In this document: in pieces, positions 29,520-40,095 of the stretch
How the letters are laid out: every line of letters starts with the position of its first letter
Numbering within the stretch: position 1 is the stretch's first letter
Origin: a virus
Lineage: Duplodnaviria > Caudoviricetes
Reading direction: 5' to 3' (one strand)
Length of the DNA: 64,000 nt
IMG/VR virus record: IMGVR_UViG_3300017991_000109
Span: 22-64,021 of that record
Notes under the pieces: model-generated
Seen by the model: only the letters and a program-made list of their open reading frames with translations
The model's database searches: none
What the model was told of the DNA's origin: nothing
Program-made: the position numbers and the translations under genes

Positions 29520-31381
29520 TACCTTATCAGTTTTCCATTCTCGACTCTCCAAATCTGATCGACGGAACCCTCAAACTCTTCCAAGGTATGGGCAATCATA
29601 AAAACGCTGCTTTTTCCTTGTGTCACGTACTTGAAAAGGCGATTCATCGATTGCTGCCCCTTATTATCCAATGACTCGAACGGTTCGTCAAGGAAAGCTT
29701 GTCCAAAAGAATGAACCCCTCTTGATTGGGCAAGCTTGAGCAAGCTCATGATGATCATCATGTCAACCCGTCTACGTTCTCCCCGACTATCCCACTCGTA
29801 TGAGGCTGCTCCATCAGGGTTATGGACATCGACGTTAAATGTTCCGGCATAGGCTTCCCCTTCGGCATTCATCCTGAAGTTCACGCTCAAGTTCGTTTCT
29901 AAGACCTGTCTTAACTCCTCTGCGTTCAAATTTAGCTGAGGGATAGCTTGTGCTAAAAGATCAGACCTGAACCCTTTTAGACCGAATGCCTCATCGAGGA
30001 GATACTCATCTGCACTCTCCTCCTGTAATCGGGATAACTCAGTCTCCTGAGTTTTCAACTCAGCTACAGCAGCATCGAATTTCTCTTGAGCATCATCCAT
30101 CAACGGGATGAAATCATTCGTAGCTTCTTGTAATGCCGCCAGCTTATCTGACATCTCCCGCTCTCCGAGTTTCTCTCTTTCAACTGCCGTCCAGAGATTA
30201 TCAACAACGGTTTTCCACAAGCTCTTTTCTTGCTCTGACTTCTTCAAATCCGTATTTCGATCGCTCAATAAACTTGCCAACCGAGTAAGGTCTTGGGTAA
30301 AAGGGATTTCCGTTTTTTTTGCTTCTTCAATACGCTCAGTCGCAGTCTTTATCTCTGCAACGAGTCCTTCTATCTGTTTTGCATTCTCAGCTTCATCCAA
30401 TTCCGATCCGCACAAAGAACAGTTATGAAGTCCATCTAAAGAAGATAGCTTCGCATGGTTCGCTTTCAACGCTTTCAGTTCCGCTTGCAGACTACCGAAA
30501 TTTTCATAGTATTGACGAGATGCCTCAGCATAGTGCTTTTCAACCTCAGTATGCTCTTCTTGGACTTGTATCAAAGCATCTTGAGCTTCCCTTATATTCT
30601 GATCAAACATCCCTTCTTTGAGCTGCTCCTGATCATACTCATCTTGCTTCCTCTGCACAACATCTTGGATCTCCCTAAGACCTTGGGTGACATGTAATAA
30701 TTCGCTTGCATGTTTTTCATCCCAACTGGCAACCTCCGCTTTCATGCGGTTAAGCATATCCCTCCAATTTTTGACATCATGCTCACACTTTGAAATGACC
30801 TCCTTAACAACATTGACAGAATTAGCATATTCCATCATTATCTTCCTAGTCTCTTTCAGTGCCAGCTCGATCTGATCGAACTGTAGAAGATTATCAAGGA
30901 TCTCTTTCTTCTGCTTGTCACCCATTGTTGGGAAGGACATTATCTCCGCACTGTAAAACATCGAGTGGCGAGCAGTTTGAGGGTTGATACAGAGAATCTG
31001 ATCCTCTATCATTTTTTGAGTATCAGCAGTTGTGCCCCGAGTCATGTCCTTGTCGTTGCAGAGAACGGAGAGTCCATTTGGTATCCCATCTGCTTTTTTC
31101 ATACCTCTGGCACGAATGATGGTGTAACGATTCTTACCATCATTGAGTGTTAGTTGCACATAACCTCCACGAGTACCGCGTGTCCAGAGTTTCGCACCAA
31201 CGCTCTTATCAGTCCGAATTGATTTACCAAACAGGGCATAAAAAGGTGCTTCTATGAACATACCTGTTTTACCATCCCCGTTTTCGCCCCTGACCATTAC
31301 AAGACCTTGGTCTTTCAAAGGTACAACCTCATCAGAGATGTTCCAAAAATTTTTCAGCGCCAATTGCTCCAGTTCGATCAT
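29519..31381 (-). CDS. SbcC/Rad50-like ATPase (T4 gp46-like)
   Basis: GENGDGKT Walker A; coiled coils with CSLC zinc hook; SRGE signature; FLDEPFESLD; IAH. Confidence 0.93.
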   Translation of the reverse strand: MIELEQLALKNFWNISDEVVPLKDQGLVMVRGENGDGKTGMFIEAPFYALFGKSIRTDKSVGAKLWTRGTRGGYVQLTLNDGKNRYTIIRARGMKKADGIPNGLSVLCNDKDMTRGTTADTQKMIEDQILCINPQTARHSMFYSAEIMSFPTMGDKQKKEILDNLLQFDQIELALKETRKIMMEYANSVNVVKEVISKCEHDVKNWRDMLNRMKAEVASWDEKHASELLHVTQGLREIQDVVQRKQDEYDQEQLKEGMFDQNIREAQDALIQVQEEHTEVEKHYAEASRQYYENFGSLQAELKALKANHAKLSSLDGLHNCSLCGSELDEAENAKQIEGLVAEIKTATERIEEAKKTEIPFTQDLTRLASLLSDRNTDLKKSEQEKSLWKTVVDNLWTAVEREKLGEREMSDKLAALQEATNDFIPLMDDAQEKFDAAVAELKTQETELSRLQEESADEYLLDEAFGLKGFRSDLLAQAIPQLNLNAEELRQVLETNLSVNFRMNAEGEAYAGTFNVDVHNPDGAASYEWDSRGERRRVDMMIIMSLLKLAQSRGVHSFGQAFLDEPFESLDNKGQQSMNRLFKYVTQGKSSVFMIAHTLEEFEGSVDQIWRVENGKLIR

Positions 31382-31438
31382 CGCAAGAGTTTCCAATGGG
31401 TTTTCTTTTTGTCAAGAAATTTGTTCTATTTATTCAAG

Positions 31439-33832
31439 ATGGACAGACCTCAATTTGACTTTACTGCCAGAGACTGGGATACCAACCTGGAAGCTCTTAA
31501 GGAATTTATCCGAATTCGACACCCCGAAGACTGGACTTCTTTCTTCGATGGGGATTTGAGTACTGCCCTGCTAGAAGCCATTGCATACAACAGCACATTG
31601 CTGGGATACACTCTTGACAGACAGGCTCTGGAGTCATTTCTGGATACTCTTCAGCTTCGAGAGAGCGCCATGCATTTTGCGCGGCAAAACTCTTACCAAA
31701 TCCGACGCAATACCAGTGCTTCAGTTCCTGTTTATGCCTCAGCCTCTCGTGCTCCTTCTACCGGGGAGAGATTTGTCATCCGACAAGGTGTGCAAATCCG
31801 AGATAAAATGGGTCAACCGTGGGAAGTGGCTGAAGATACGTTTCTCGAAGAAGGCTATGTCAATCCAACGCACGAGATTCTAAAATATGGTGATATTAAA
31901 GGCACTGTTCCTAATACCACTAATGTGACTGAGGTTAAGGCACTGGTGAAGCTCGAACCAGGAAGTTCCGTAGCCACTTTGGTGGACGAAAACGGGGAGC
32001 GTTTTCCCAGTGATATCAATTTTAGTCAGCGCGTTCAAGCGGGTCATATTCTCAAACTCGGAAACGAGTGGAATGGCACATCCTTTACTAGCATACCATC
32101 ACCTCCGAAAGATGAGTATGCTATCATCTCCACTTCAAAGTTCGACTATGATGTGTATGACAACTCGATTATCTATCTCGACCGTGCATGGTCTGGGACA
32201 GCCGTCTGGAGTGGTAAGTGGACGATTGAATCTCGAAACGTTGTCTTGATTCAAGGAGAATCTAAGATAGACCGTGCAACCGCTCCTAGTGAATTAGAAT
32301 CCCGAAAAAACTACATTGTTGAAGGTGCTTATTTCCCTGTTGTCATGGGCTCTTTGGATACACCAACAGCATCAGGGTCTTCTCAACTGACTGGTGTTGC
32401 GGGGAGCGGTATCGATGTCTATGTCAATGGTATCCAATGGACAGAAACGGTTTCTCTTCTTTTTGAAGGTCCTGACAGTCGTTCTTTCCAAGTCGATTTT
32501 GATAATAATGACCGATTCACTGTTCAGTTTGGAGATGGTGTTTTTGGGTCGTTGGTTCCCTCAGAAGCTACAATCGAAATTCACTATCGCATCGGAGGAG
32601 GCTCAAAAGGTAATATTTCACAAAACTTAATCGACACGTCTATCACGATTGGCGATAGTTTTGGAAGTGCTAGCACATCTATCCAGCTTTACCTATCCAA
32701 CACATACACTGTAGGTACGGGTGGTCAAGACAGGGAATCTCTTCAGGATCTCAAAAAGAACATCCCGGCACACATTAGAACTAACGATAGGGCAGTTACC
32801 ATCGAAGATTATGAGTATCTTGCGTCTAACTTCAGTGATCCTATTGCGGGAAGAGTCAAAGTAGCAAAGGGCGTTATCCACAAGAACCTCGTTCCACGAG
32901 AACAAAATATCATTTGGGTGTACACTTGGGTGGAGGGATCAAACGGTCAGTTGACAGCGCCCTCACTGACTCTAAAGCGTGCACTCCTCGAATACCTGAA
33001 TGCTAGAAAACTCGTAACTGATGAGGTTGTGATCGTTGATGGTATTGTCACACCCACACCAATCGAAATGCGCTACTGCTTTGAGAAGGGTGCTGATTCG
33101 GTTAAGGTCGAGCAGAAAGTCCAGAGTGCAATCAATCAGATTTTTGTTGATTTGAAGCCTGGAGATCCTCTTCGGTTATCAAACCTTTATGAGGCTGTTG
33201 AAGCTGTAGCGGAGGTCAAGTTTTGTCAGTTCATCTACCCCAGTCAGGATCTTATTCCAGCCAATGATTACGAGTTGTTCTCTAACACCATGCAGCTACC
33301 TAGTCTGACACGGTTGAATGCTGCGGCATCAGCAGGAGCATCAGCGGTACAGGTTTCTGATCCAAATCTTTTTGTAGAGCAAGGAACTGTTTCGATTTTT
33401 GAAACATCGAAAACACCAACTACCTCTACGGTTATTGCCAAGACATCTAACACGTTGTCTCTCCAAGCTGACCAGCTTCTCGAAGAAGACTACTCATTGA
33501 ATGCTGTCGTTACAAATAGCGCGTATCTTCCCTATGGATGGCAATTTGAGCGTCCGATTGATATCTTCATCACATACTCGATTGGTAATACTACGTCCCC
33601 TCTTGTAACATCTAACATTGCACGTAAAATACGTCAGTACTTCAGCCAGACACTCCGTCCAGAAGAACCGCTAATCAGGAGCACGTTAAGAACACTGGTT
33701 CAGAGCATCCCTAATGTGACTACCTCAGATGTACGATTCAACTCGGTTGATGGCATAGCAGAACAAGTCGTACCGAGTGACTCAGAGAAGATCACTCTCG
33801 GTGTTCTAAGTATTAACAACCAAATTGTATAA
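31439..33832 (+). CDS. baseplate wedge subunit (gp6/baseplate J-like)
   Basis: DFTARDWD..WTSF..LLEAIAY; FGDGVFG; YRIGGGSKGN; GGQDRES..RAVTIEDYE. Confidence 0.93.
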   Translation: MDRPQFDFTARDWDTNLEALKEFIRIRHPEDWTSFFDGDLSTALLEAIAYNSTLLGYTLDRQALESFLDTLQLRESAMHFARQNSYQIRRNTSASVPVYASASRAPSTGERFVIRQGVQIRDKMGQPWEVAEDTFLEEGYVNPTHEILKYGDIKGTVPNTTNVTEVKALVKLEPGSSVATLVDENGERFPSDINFSQRVQAGHILKLGNEWNGTSFTSIPSPPKDEYAIISTSKFDYDVYDNSIIYLDRAWSGTAVWSGKWTIESRNVVLIQGESKIDRATAPSELESRKNYIVEGAYFPVVMGSLDTPTASGSSQLTGVAGSGIDVYVNGIQWTETVSLLFEGPDSRSFQVDFDNNDRFTVQFGDGVFGSLVPSEATIEIHYRIGGGSKGNISQNLIDTSITIGDSFGSASTSIQLYLSNTYTVGTGGQDRESLQDLKKNIPAHIRTNDRAVTIEDYEYLASNFSDPIAGRVKVAKGVIHKNLVPREQNIIWVYTWVEGSNGQLTAPSLTLKRALLEYLNARKLVTDEVVIVDGIVTPTPIEMRYCFEKGADSVKVEQKVQSAINQIFVDLKPGDPLRLSNLYEAVEAVAEVKFCQFIYPSQDLIPANDYELFSNTMQLPSLTRLNAAASAGASAVQVSDPNLFVEQGTVSIFETSKTPTTSTVIAKTSNTLSLQADQLLEEDYSLNAVVTNSAYLPYGWQFERPIDIFITYSIGNTTSPLVTSNIARKIRQYFSQTLRPEEPLIRSTLRTLVQSIPNVTTSDVRFNSVDGIAEQVVPSDSEKITLGVLSINNQIV

Positions 33833-35838
33833 TGCCTAAGTCAAGTGGATCAAGAAGTCAACTTTGGAACCTCTTCGGGTGGTTACAGCCTCGTCCTGAT
33901 AACCTAACTCGCCAAGAACAGGATGATATCCTTACTTTTGACCAAAAAAATGGCTTTGCTGAAAAGCCTAAAGGCACGACCTATTATTTCGATCAGATTA
34001 CCCCAAATGAGGGGACTGTTGATCATCTGGCAGAATTGGAGTACATGGCAAAGTCTGAATTTGTCAGTCCCTTTATTGAGCTTATCGCAGAAGAGTGTGC
34101 TCAGCCTGACATCAACACAAAAAAGACCGTCTGGTTTACATGTACCGATGGAACTATCGAAGAAGAGTTAAATGACATGCTCGATAGAGTCGGTATCGAG
34201 AATATTGTCTATTCTATTTGCAAAAAGGTTGCCGGAACAGGTAATGACTACAAACGAATTTTGCGAAGTCAAGAAAATGGTATTGAGCAGCTTGTCAGCG
34301 TACCCCTGACCGATGTAGAGCGTGTCTGGGACAAGACTACAAGAAAACTCCTTGGATTCCACTGGAAAGAGCAGGAGCCTGATACTGATAATGTTATCAA
34401 ACTCGGTCAGGGAGGTAAAGGTATTGAAATTTTTGCTCCATGGGAGTTTATTCATTTCCGTCGTATGGAAGATTCCAATACGGAATATGGCACAGGTCTT
34501 TTGGACGCTGCTTGGCCATTATACAAACGTCTTAAAATGGCTACTGACCAGATGGTTCAGTATCGCATGCATATGATGCCTACTAGACATGCGATGTTCA
34601 TTGATACAGGAAATAAATCTCCTTTTGAAGCGGCTGAAGAAGTTAACATGTTCAAAATGCTGTTGCGTAATGCAATGGTGGTCGATCCTGTTCAGAGTCG
34701 ATTGGATAGTCGATTCAACCCACCTGCTATGGACAGCATGTTGTTCTTTCCAAAGAGGAAAGATGAGACTACTTCCATCGAACCAATGCAGGGTGACAAA
34801 GACATACCTGACGTGTATGATATGGACCTGCTCTGGAAGCAGCTCTTCATGCAAGCACGTGTGCCTAAAGCCTATTTAGGTTGGGAGGAGAATACGGGCA
34901 TTGCACAGGCTTCACTTGTTTCCCAAGATATCCGGTTTGCCCGAATGATTCGGACATTGCGGAAGCCCATAGTTGAAGGTGTTCTAAAACTTGGACACCT
35001 ACACCTTGCCTTCAAAGGTATCGATCCCAGCCAATACAAAATTGAGGTTGAGATGAGTAAAATCAGTGCCTTGGAAGAGGAGCTGAATGCTGCGACTATC
35101 GAAAGACAAGCTGATATCGCTAATACCCTCGTTGGGTTGTGTCAATCACTTGAAATACCAAACCGTGATATCATGGACTTGGTATTCAAGGAGTACCTCC
35201 ATGTACCCCGTCACTTCATCGACTTGGCTAAGCTCTCGACAGCTATCGAACGAGCTATCCACGGTGAAAATGGTCCAGAAGGTGCTGAAGGAGGTGCTAT
35301 GGGCGGTATGGGTGGAATGATGGGAGGTGGCTTCGCAGGAGGTCTTGGAGGAGAAATGGACGAAGGCGAAGCTGGAGGTATAGGCGACGAACTCGGCTTG
35401 GAAGATCACATGGAAGATGAGGAACCCTTGCCAGAGCATAACTCCAAGTATCTAGGGACCTCACTAAATGAGTCACTAGTTCAAAGGGTGTCTGGTGTTG
35501 TTTCCGAGATCAGAAATCATCGAACTACCTTAACTGAAAGTGCCCGTAAAGAAAACACCCTTCTGATCGAAACTAGCTTCAAGAAAATCAAAAGAGCTAT
35601 TTCGGACGTTGCAGATATTCAAGGAGGAGGTAGGTGTAGCGGTATGGAAACTTGGAAGCCTAATCCTTTCTTGTGGGAATCTGCGCCTAAAGCTGGGAAT
35701 CTTCAAGAATCTCTTCAAGAACAAAGATCTTTTGCTAAATCTTGTGGTGACAACTTTACTTCAGGTATTGTTGAATCGACAAAAACTGAAGCTGAAGAGC
35801 ATCCAGCAGTTAAGATGAGACGCAATGCAAAAAGATAG
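33832..35838 (+). CDS. portal protein (gp20-like) with long C-terminal extension
   Basis: WEFIHFR, YGTGLLD, YR..PTR..FIDTGN, RVPKAYLG and QDIRFARMIRTLR motifs. Confidence 0.93.
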   Translation: MPKSSGSRSQLWNLFGWLQPRPDNLTRQEQDDILTFDQKNGFAEKPKGTTYYFDQITPNEGTVDHLAELEYMAKSEFVSPFIELIAEECAQPDINTKKTVWFTCTDGTIEEELNDMLDRVGIENIVYSICKKVAGTGNDYKRILRSQENGIEQLVSVPLTDVERVWDKTTRKLLGFHWKEQEPDTDNVIKLGQGGKGIEIFAPWEFIHFRRMEDSNTEYGTGLLDAAWPLYKRLKMATDQMVQYRMHMMPTRHAMFIDTGNKSPFEAAEEVNMFKMLLRNAMVVDPVQSRLDSRFNPPAMDSMLFFPKRKDETTSIEPMQGDKDIPDVYDMDLLWKQLFMQARVPKAYLGWEENTGIAQASLVSQDIRFARMIRTLRKPIVEGVLKLGHLHLAFKGIDPSQYKIEVEMSKISALEEELNAATIERQADIANTLVGLCQSLEIPNRDIMDLVFKEYLHVPRHFIDLAKLSTAIERAIHGENGPEGAEGGAMGGMGGMMGGGFAGGLGGEMDEGEAGGIGDELGLEDHMEDEEPLPEHNSKYLGTSLNESLVQRVSGVVSEIRNHRTTLTESARKENTLLIETSFKKIKRAISDVADIQGGGRCSGMETWKPNPFLWESAPKAGNLQESLQEQRSFAKSCGDNFTSGIVESTKTEAEEHPAVKMRRNAKR

Positions 35839-35849
35839 TATCTATTTGT

Positions 35850-38800
35850 ATGCCTGAATTCAGCATACAGAACCTTACGACATACGCGCACCCGATTTAC
35901 TATCTCGATAGTGATGCTTCGCAACAAAGTCGTATAGTAGAATCAAAGCAGATAGCAACCTTCTTTGCTAATGAGCTTCTACCAGCGACCTTAAATGCGA
36001 TTGAAGACAAACATCTAAAACTGGTCACTCAAGTCGAAACTGCATTCGTATCACCTAAAGTTCCGACCAACACTATTGGTCTAAGCACAGTCGGAACATG
36101 GGGTCAAAACACAAGGTACGTTCCTGGGAACCTAGTCTACTATGGAGGAACCTACTACATAGTTTTAAATGAGGTAACAGGCACAACAACGCCCGATGTT
36201 GATACAACAAACTATGGTCCTTTCTCCCTCTCATCACCTGAAGCTTTTTTTGGAATTAATGAAGGTGATTTCAATGAGGGTGAAGGTATTTTCAAAACTG
36301 CTGGGGGTTGGGAGAACACGAAAATCACTGACACTCAAGTTGATACTCTCAGTATCTCAAAAATCACTAACTTACAGACCACTCTAGACGGTAAGTTATC
36401 ACTTACAGGAGGGACACTTACTGGGGCAGTTCTTACATCTGTAACTCCAACCGTATCAACACATCTTACTAACAAAGCGTATGTTGATACAAAGCTGCCA
36501 TTGGCTGGTGGAACAATGACTGGAGCGCTTACCTTGTCAGGAGCACCCTCCTCAGGACTTCACGCTGCCACCAAAGATTATGTCGATGCAATAGGTTCAG
36601 GCTTCATACAGACCACAGGAGCCACTATGACAGGGGCGCTGAATCTGAATGGGACCTACACCCTTGGAACTCATGCTATCGACAAGGATTATGCGGACCA
36701 GAAACTATCAAAAAGTGGCGGTACAATGACGGGGTATATCACCCTTCATGCCAACCCAATTTCTGATCTACAAGCTGCGCCAAAGCAATACGTCGATACA
36801 ATGGTTCCTCTAACGGGAGGCACAATGACGGGACTACTGACACTCAGCGGAAGCCCCTCCAACGCAAACCATGCGGCTACCAAGAACTATGTTGACACTG
36901 CCGATAATCTGAAATTATCTTTGGCTGGGGGTACAATGACTGGAGCGCTTACCTTGTCAGGAGCACCTACGGTTGATCTTCACGCATCCACTAAAAAGTA
37001 TGTTGACGACAGCATAACTACTCTTGGAAATGCCTCCCTTGCCCTTGTAGGAGGGACAATGACAGGGTTTGTAACCCTACATTCAGCGCCAACTTCTGAT
37101 TTACACGCTGCTACCAAAAAGTATGTCGATGACGTATTTGCAGGAGACATCAGTGTGAACTTCCTATCACTGGCTGGAGGGGTAATGACTGGAGCCATTA
37201 CTGGGGATCACGAGTTGCTGCCTCTGGCTGGTGATACTATGACTGGTCCTATTGTGCTATCATCACAAGCATCTGGCACAGGGTTGTTCGTTAGCAGCAC
37301 AACAGGTGAGCCGATGTATTCTACAAAAAGAATTCTGACGGAGCCAACCGCGCCATCTACAATCACAGCAGATTACACCGTTACAAACACAGATAGAGAG
37401 ATTCTGGTCAACAACACAGATGTTGTAACAGTCACACTACCAGTACCTACTGGATTCATCGATCCAATTCGAATCGAGAAAACCTCAAATAACAGCACTG
37501 TTGTGTTGATTACAGCAGAAAACTCAACTGGTAGGAACGCAGATACCGTTCTGACCATTCCGTCTCAATCGATCACACTTTACCCATCTAGCAATTCTTG
37601 GCGAATCAGTGAGAGTTATGTTCCGACAACATCGAACTTGTACTTCACGTGGGACGATCCTGTCGATAATGGCAATGCTGTTGAGGTAGTGGGTCGTTTG
37701 AAGACACGTTCATCCGCCCAACAACAGTTTACAGCCGTCACAGACGAAGGTGGGGGGCAAATTAGCTTTACAGTTGATTCGACTACTGGTTTTTCAGCTA
37801 ACCAAACACTGATAGTAACTGCGAGCCCACAGTATGCTGGCGAGTATAAGATCGATAGTGTTACCTCGACAAAAATCTTTGTAACTGCGTCCTACTCATC
37901 AAACGAAAGTGGCGGTTTTTGTACATCCCACACTTACAGCGCATTGTCTTCAGCAACCACTGTTCTGGTAGCATTGAGTAACAACACTTATGACCCTACT
38001 GAACTTGTCCTGACACTGGGCGCACTGGAAATGACAGTCCTACAAGGTTCAATTGTCGATCGTTACGGGAACTGGATTTTCAAACTAGAAACAACTTCGA
38101 CAGGGGTTTTTGAAATCAGTGTCGAAGACATAAATGGTTCACCTAATATTGATACCGTATTAGGCTACCTACATGTTCTTTCTGCGGGTCCTCCTGATTC
38201 TAACATCTACCCGCAATATAGCAGTCTTGTCAGCGACACATCGAGATTTCAAAAGAACTTCACAGCAATTGCTCAAAGCACTGCTACAGACTCCATCGTA
38301 TCCTCACAACCTCCTGTCGCTGTAGAGACGGGTAACGCCATTACAGATGCTACAGGAGATGGAGGAGGTGTTTGGATAGCCGTATCAGACGACAGCTTGT
38401 GGATAGAGGGATTCGAGGCTATTATCAGTAACTCGACAAGCTACAACGGCACTCAAACTGTTTTGGAAGTTGACACTGGAAACGATAGGATTCGTCTTGA
38501 TGTAGCTTATGTCGCAGATGAAACAGGAGACATCTACTCCAATTGGACATCGTCTGCTATTCAGTCGGTTGAAGAGAGTACTACTCTTGGTAATATCTTG
38601 TTGAATTTGAATTTCTATCCATCTCATCTCGGATCTGGAGATGATATCTCCATTACAGGAACCACGAGTTATAATGGAACGCACACAATCGTAGCCGCTG
38701 TAGGCAATCAGATTGAAATAACGGATACTTTCGTTGCTTCGGAGACAGGCATTGCCTCTTATGTAAGTAGCGCGACTTTAATTGAAGTTGCCGATTCCTC

Positions 38801-39347
38801 ACAATTCAATATCGAAGATCCTATCTCTATCTCTGGTTCTGCTAGTTACAACGGGGACCATATTATTGTGAATAATTTCGAAGTATCTAACCAAATATGG
38901 ATCGACACTCCTTATGTTGCTAATGATGTTGCAGGAACAGTTACTAGCGAAGCATCTGTACTAACGATATCAGGAGGTTACGACCAAGAGTATAAAGCTG
39001 GAGATGATGTTACAATTATTGGCAGCTCCAGCTCAGACGGCTCTTACCAAATCCAATCAACACCCAACTCGACTACGGTATCTATAAATCTCAGGTTTGT
39101 AGCTACGGACTCTGGGGCACTTCGAAACGAAGACGTTGTGACCTTAACAACAGTCAATGGCACAGGGCTTGAAACACTCGATGGTATTCTTGTCAAAGAT
39201 GTCGAGATCCTTGGAGGAGATATCAGTAGCGAAGCGCTCTCAGCTTCAGCTACGGAAGTGACTGTTAGGGCTCCTTATGGGACAGGAGGATTGACAGGGA
39301 CTATCGAACAAGTAACCTCAAAACGACTAGACTTCCAACGTAGATAA
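35850..39347 (+). CDS. long tail fibre protein with internal repeats
   Basis: Seven full plus two partial LxGGTMTG..HAATKxYVD repeats; C-terminal ~65 aa SYNG.H.I repeats. Confidence 0.85.
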   Translation: MPEFSIQNLTTYAHPIYYLDSDASQQSRIVESKQIATFFANELLPATLNAIEDKHLKLVTQVETAFVSPKVPTNTIGLSTVGTWGQNTRYVPGNLVYYGGTYYIVLNEVTGTTTPDVDTTNYGPFSLSSPEAFFGINEGDFNEGEGIFKTAGGWENTKITDTQVDTLSISKITNLQTTLDGKLSLTGGTLTGAVLTSVTPTVSTHLTNKAYVDTKLPLAGGTMTGALTLSGAPSSGLHAATKDYVDAIGSGFIQTTGATMTGALNLNGTYTLGTHAIDKDYADQKLSKSGGTMTGYITLHANPISDLQAAPKQYVDTMVPLTGGTMTGLLTLSGSPSNANHAATKNYVDTADNLKLSLAGGTMTGALTLSGAPTVDLHASTKKYVDDSITTLGNASLALVGGTMTGFVTLHSAPTSDLHAATKKYVDDVFAGDISVNFLSLAGGVMTGAITGDHELLPLAGDTMTGPIVLSSQASGTGLFVSSTTGEPMYSTKRILTEPTAPSTITADYTVTNTDREILVNNTDVVTVTLPVPTGFIDPIRIEKTSNNSTVVLITAENSTGRNADTVLTIPSQSITLYPSSNSWRISESYVPTTSNLYFTWDDPVDNGNAVEVVGRLKTRSSAQQQFTAVTDEGGGQISFTVDSTTGFSANQTLIVTASPQYAGEYKIDSVTSTKIFVTASYSSNESGGFCTSHTYSALSSATTVLVALSNNTYDPTELVLTLGALEMTVLQGSIVDRYGNWIFKLETTSTGVFEISVEDINGSPNIDTVLGYLHVLSAGPPDSNIYPQYSSLVSDTSRFQKNFTAIAQSTATDSIVSSQPPVAVETGNAITDATGDGGGVWIAVSDDSLWIEGFEAIISNSTSYNGTQTVLEVDTGNDRIRLDVAYVADETGDIYSNWTSSAIQSVEESTTLGNILLNLNFYPSHLGSGDDISITGTTSYNGTHTIVAAVGNQIEITDTFVASETGIASYVSSATLIEVADSSQFNIEDPISISGSASYNGDHIIVNNFEVSNQIWIDTPYVANDVAGTVTSEASVLTISGGYDQEYKAGDDVTIIGSSSSDGSYQIQSTPNSTTVSINLRFVATDSGALRNEDVVTLTTVNGTGLETLDGILVKDVEILGGDISSEALSASATEVTVRAPYGTGGLTGTIEQVTSKRLDFQRR
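36513..36967 (+). repeat. 35-bp exact direct repeat within the fibre repeats
   Basis: ACAATGACTGGAGCGCTTACCTTGTCAGGAGCACC at 36513-36547 and 36933-36967. Confidence 0.9.
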
Positions 39348-39416
39348 TGAAATTCTTAGCACTGTTTACCATCGTCCTACGCCATCTGAGCCAATTAAGA
39401 AAACTGTAACAGCCTA

Positions 39417-39911
39417 ATGGGATTTTCAAGTGTATTCGGCAGAATTGCTCCAACGGCAGAACCAATGCGTTCGTGTCATGGTGACATATTGGTATCAGCA
39501 CCTGCTGGTTCTTTCAGGGGAGGGATTATGTGTCGAAACCTAAGCCCTGCTGGGACAAGTATTTCTCCTAACCCAATGCTTGGACGAAATATGCTGGTAC
39601 CTATTCCAGGTAATAAAAGCAGCGGAAGTGCAAGTCTCTCATTCTTCATTTTCAATGATACTGAAGCTTGGAGATTCTGGAAGAATTGGTCTAGTTTAAT
39701 CTACGATGTCAGAACTGATAATGTAGCACTGTTCCATGAAATTGCGGGGACAGCGGTAGTCTCATTACATGGTCCAGGAGGGGGAAAGGTAGCAGACTGG
39801 ACCATGGAAGGCTGCTGGCCAAGTAACGTTACACCTTCGGCTCTCGACTCACAAACCGAAGGGACTCCAGCATCTATCGATGTAACTCTTGAGTGTGCTG
39901 CCGTTAGATAG
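39417..39911 (+). CDS. tail tube protein-like (gp19 family paralog)
   Basis: WRFWKNW..YD; WTMEGCWPSNV..LD..IDVTLEC motifs. Confidence 0.8.
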   Translation: MGFSSVFGRIAPTAEPMRSCHGDILVSAPAGSFRGGIMCRNLSPAGTSISPNPMLGRNMLVPIPGNKSSGSASLSFFIFNDTEAWRFWKNWSSLIYDVRTDNVALFHEIAGTAVVSLHGPGGGKVADWTMEGCWPSNVTPSALDSQTEGTPASIDVTLECAAVR

Positions 39912-40095
39912 ACATAGGAGGGTAATCTTCCATCAGCTCCTTTGTGGTTCTATGCCACTCCATAACCAAGTTTAGAGGCTCATTCACTAGAAACGATTGT
40001 TGCCCTCCACCAAAACGGCAAATCTCAAGGATCAGTCTGTAGTTTAATTGATGCTGCCGAAGTGCGCGTTCGCTAACTTCGGCTCCGACGAAAAA
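39904..40095 (-). CDS. start-less +1-frame ORF, putative frameshift extension of the gp26-like gene (gp51/TAC-T-like)
   Basis: 63 codons FFVGAEVSERALRQHQLNYRLILEICRFGGGQQSFLVNEPLNLVMEWHRTTKELMEDYPPMSI*; in-frame TAA just upstream at 40107-40105. Confidence 0.6.
   Translation of the reverse strand, partial: FFVGAEVSERALRQHQLNYRLILEICRFGGGQQSFLVNEPLNLVMEWHRTTKELMEDYPPMSI

Noticed and set aside
31307-31438. Upstream extension of gp6
   Set aside because: Overlaps the sbcC start and divergent promoters; homology begins at MDRPQFDF.
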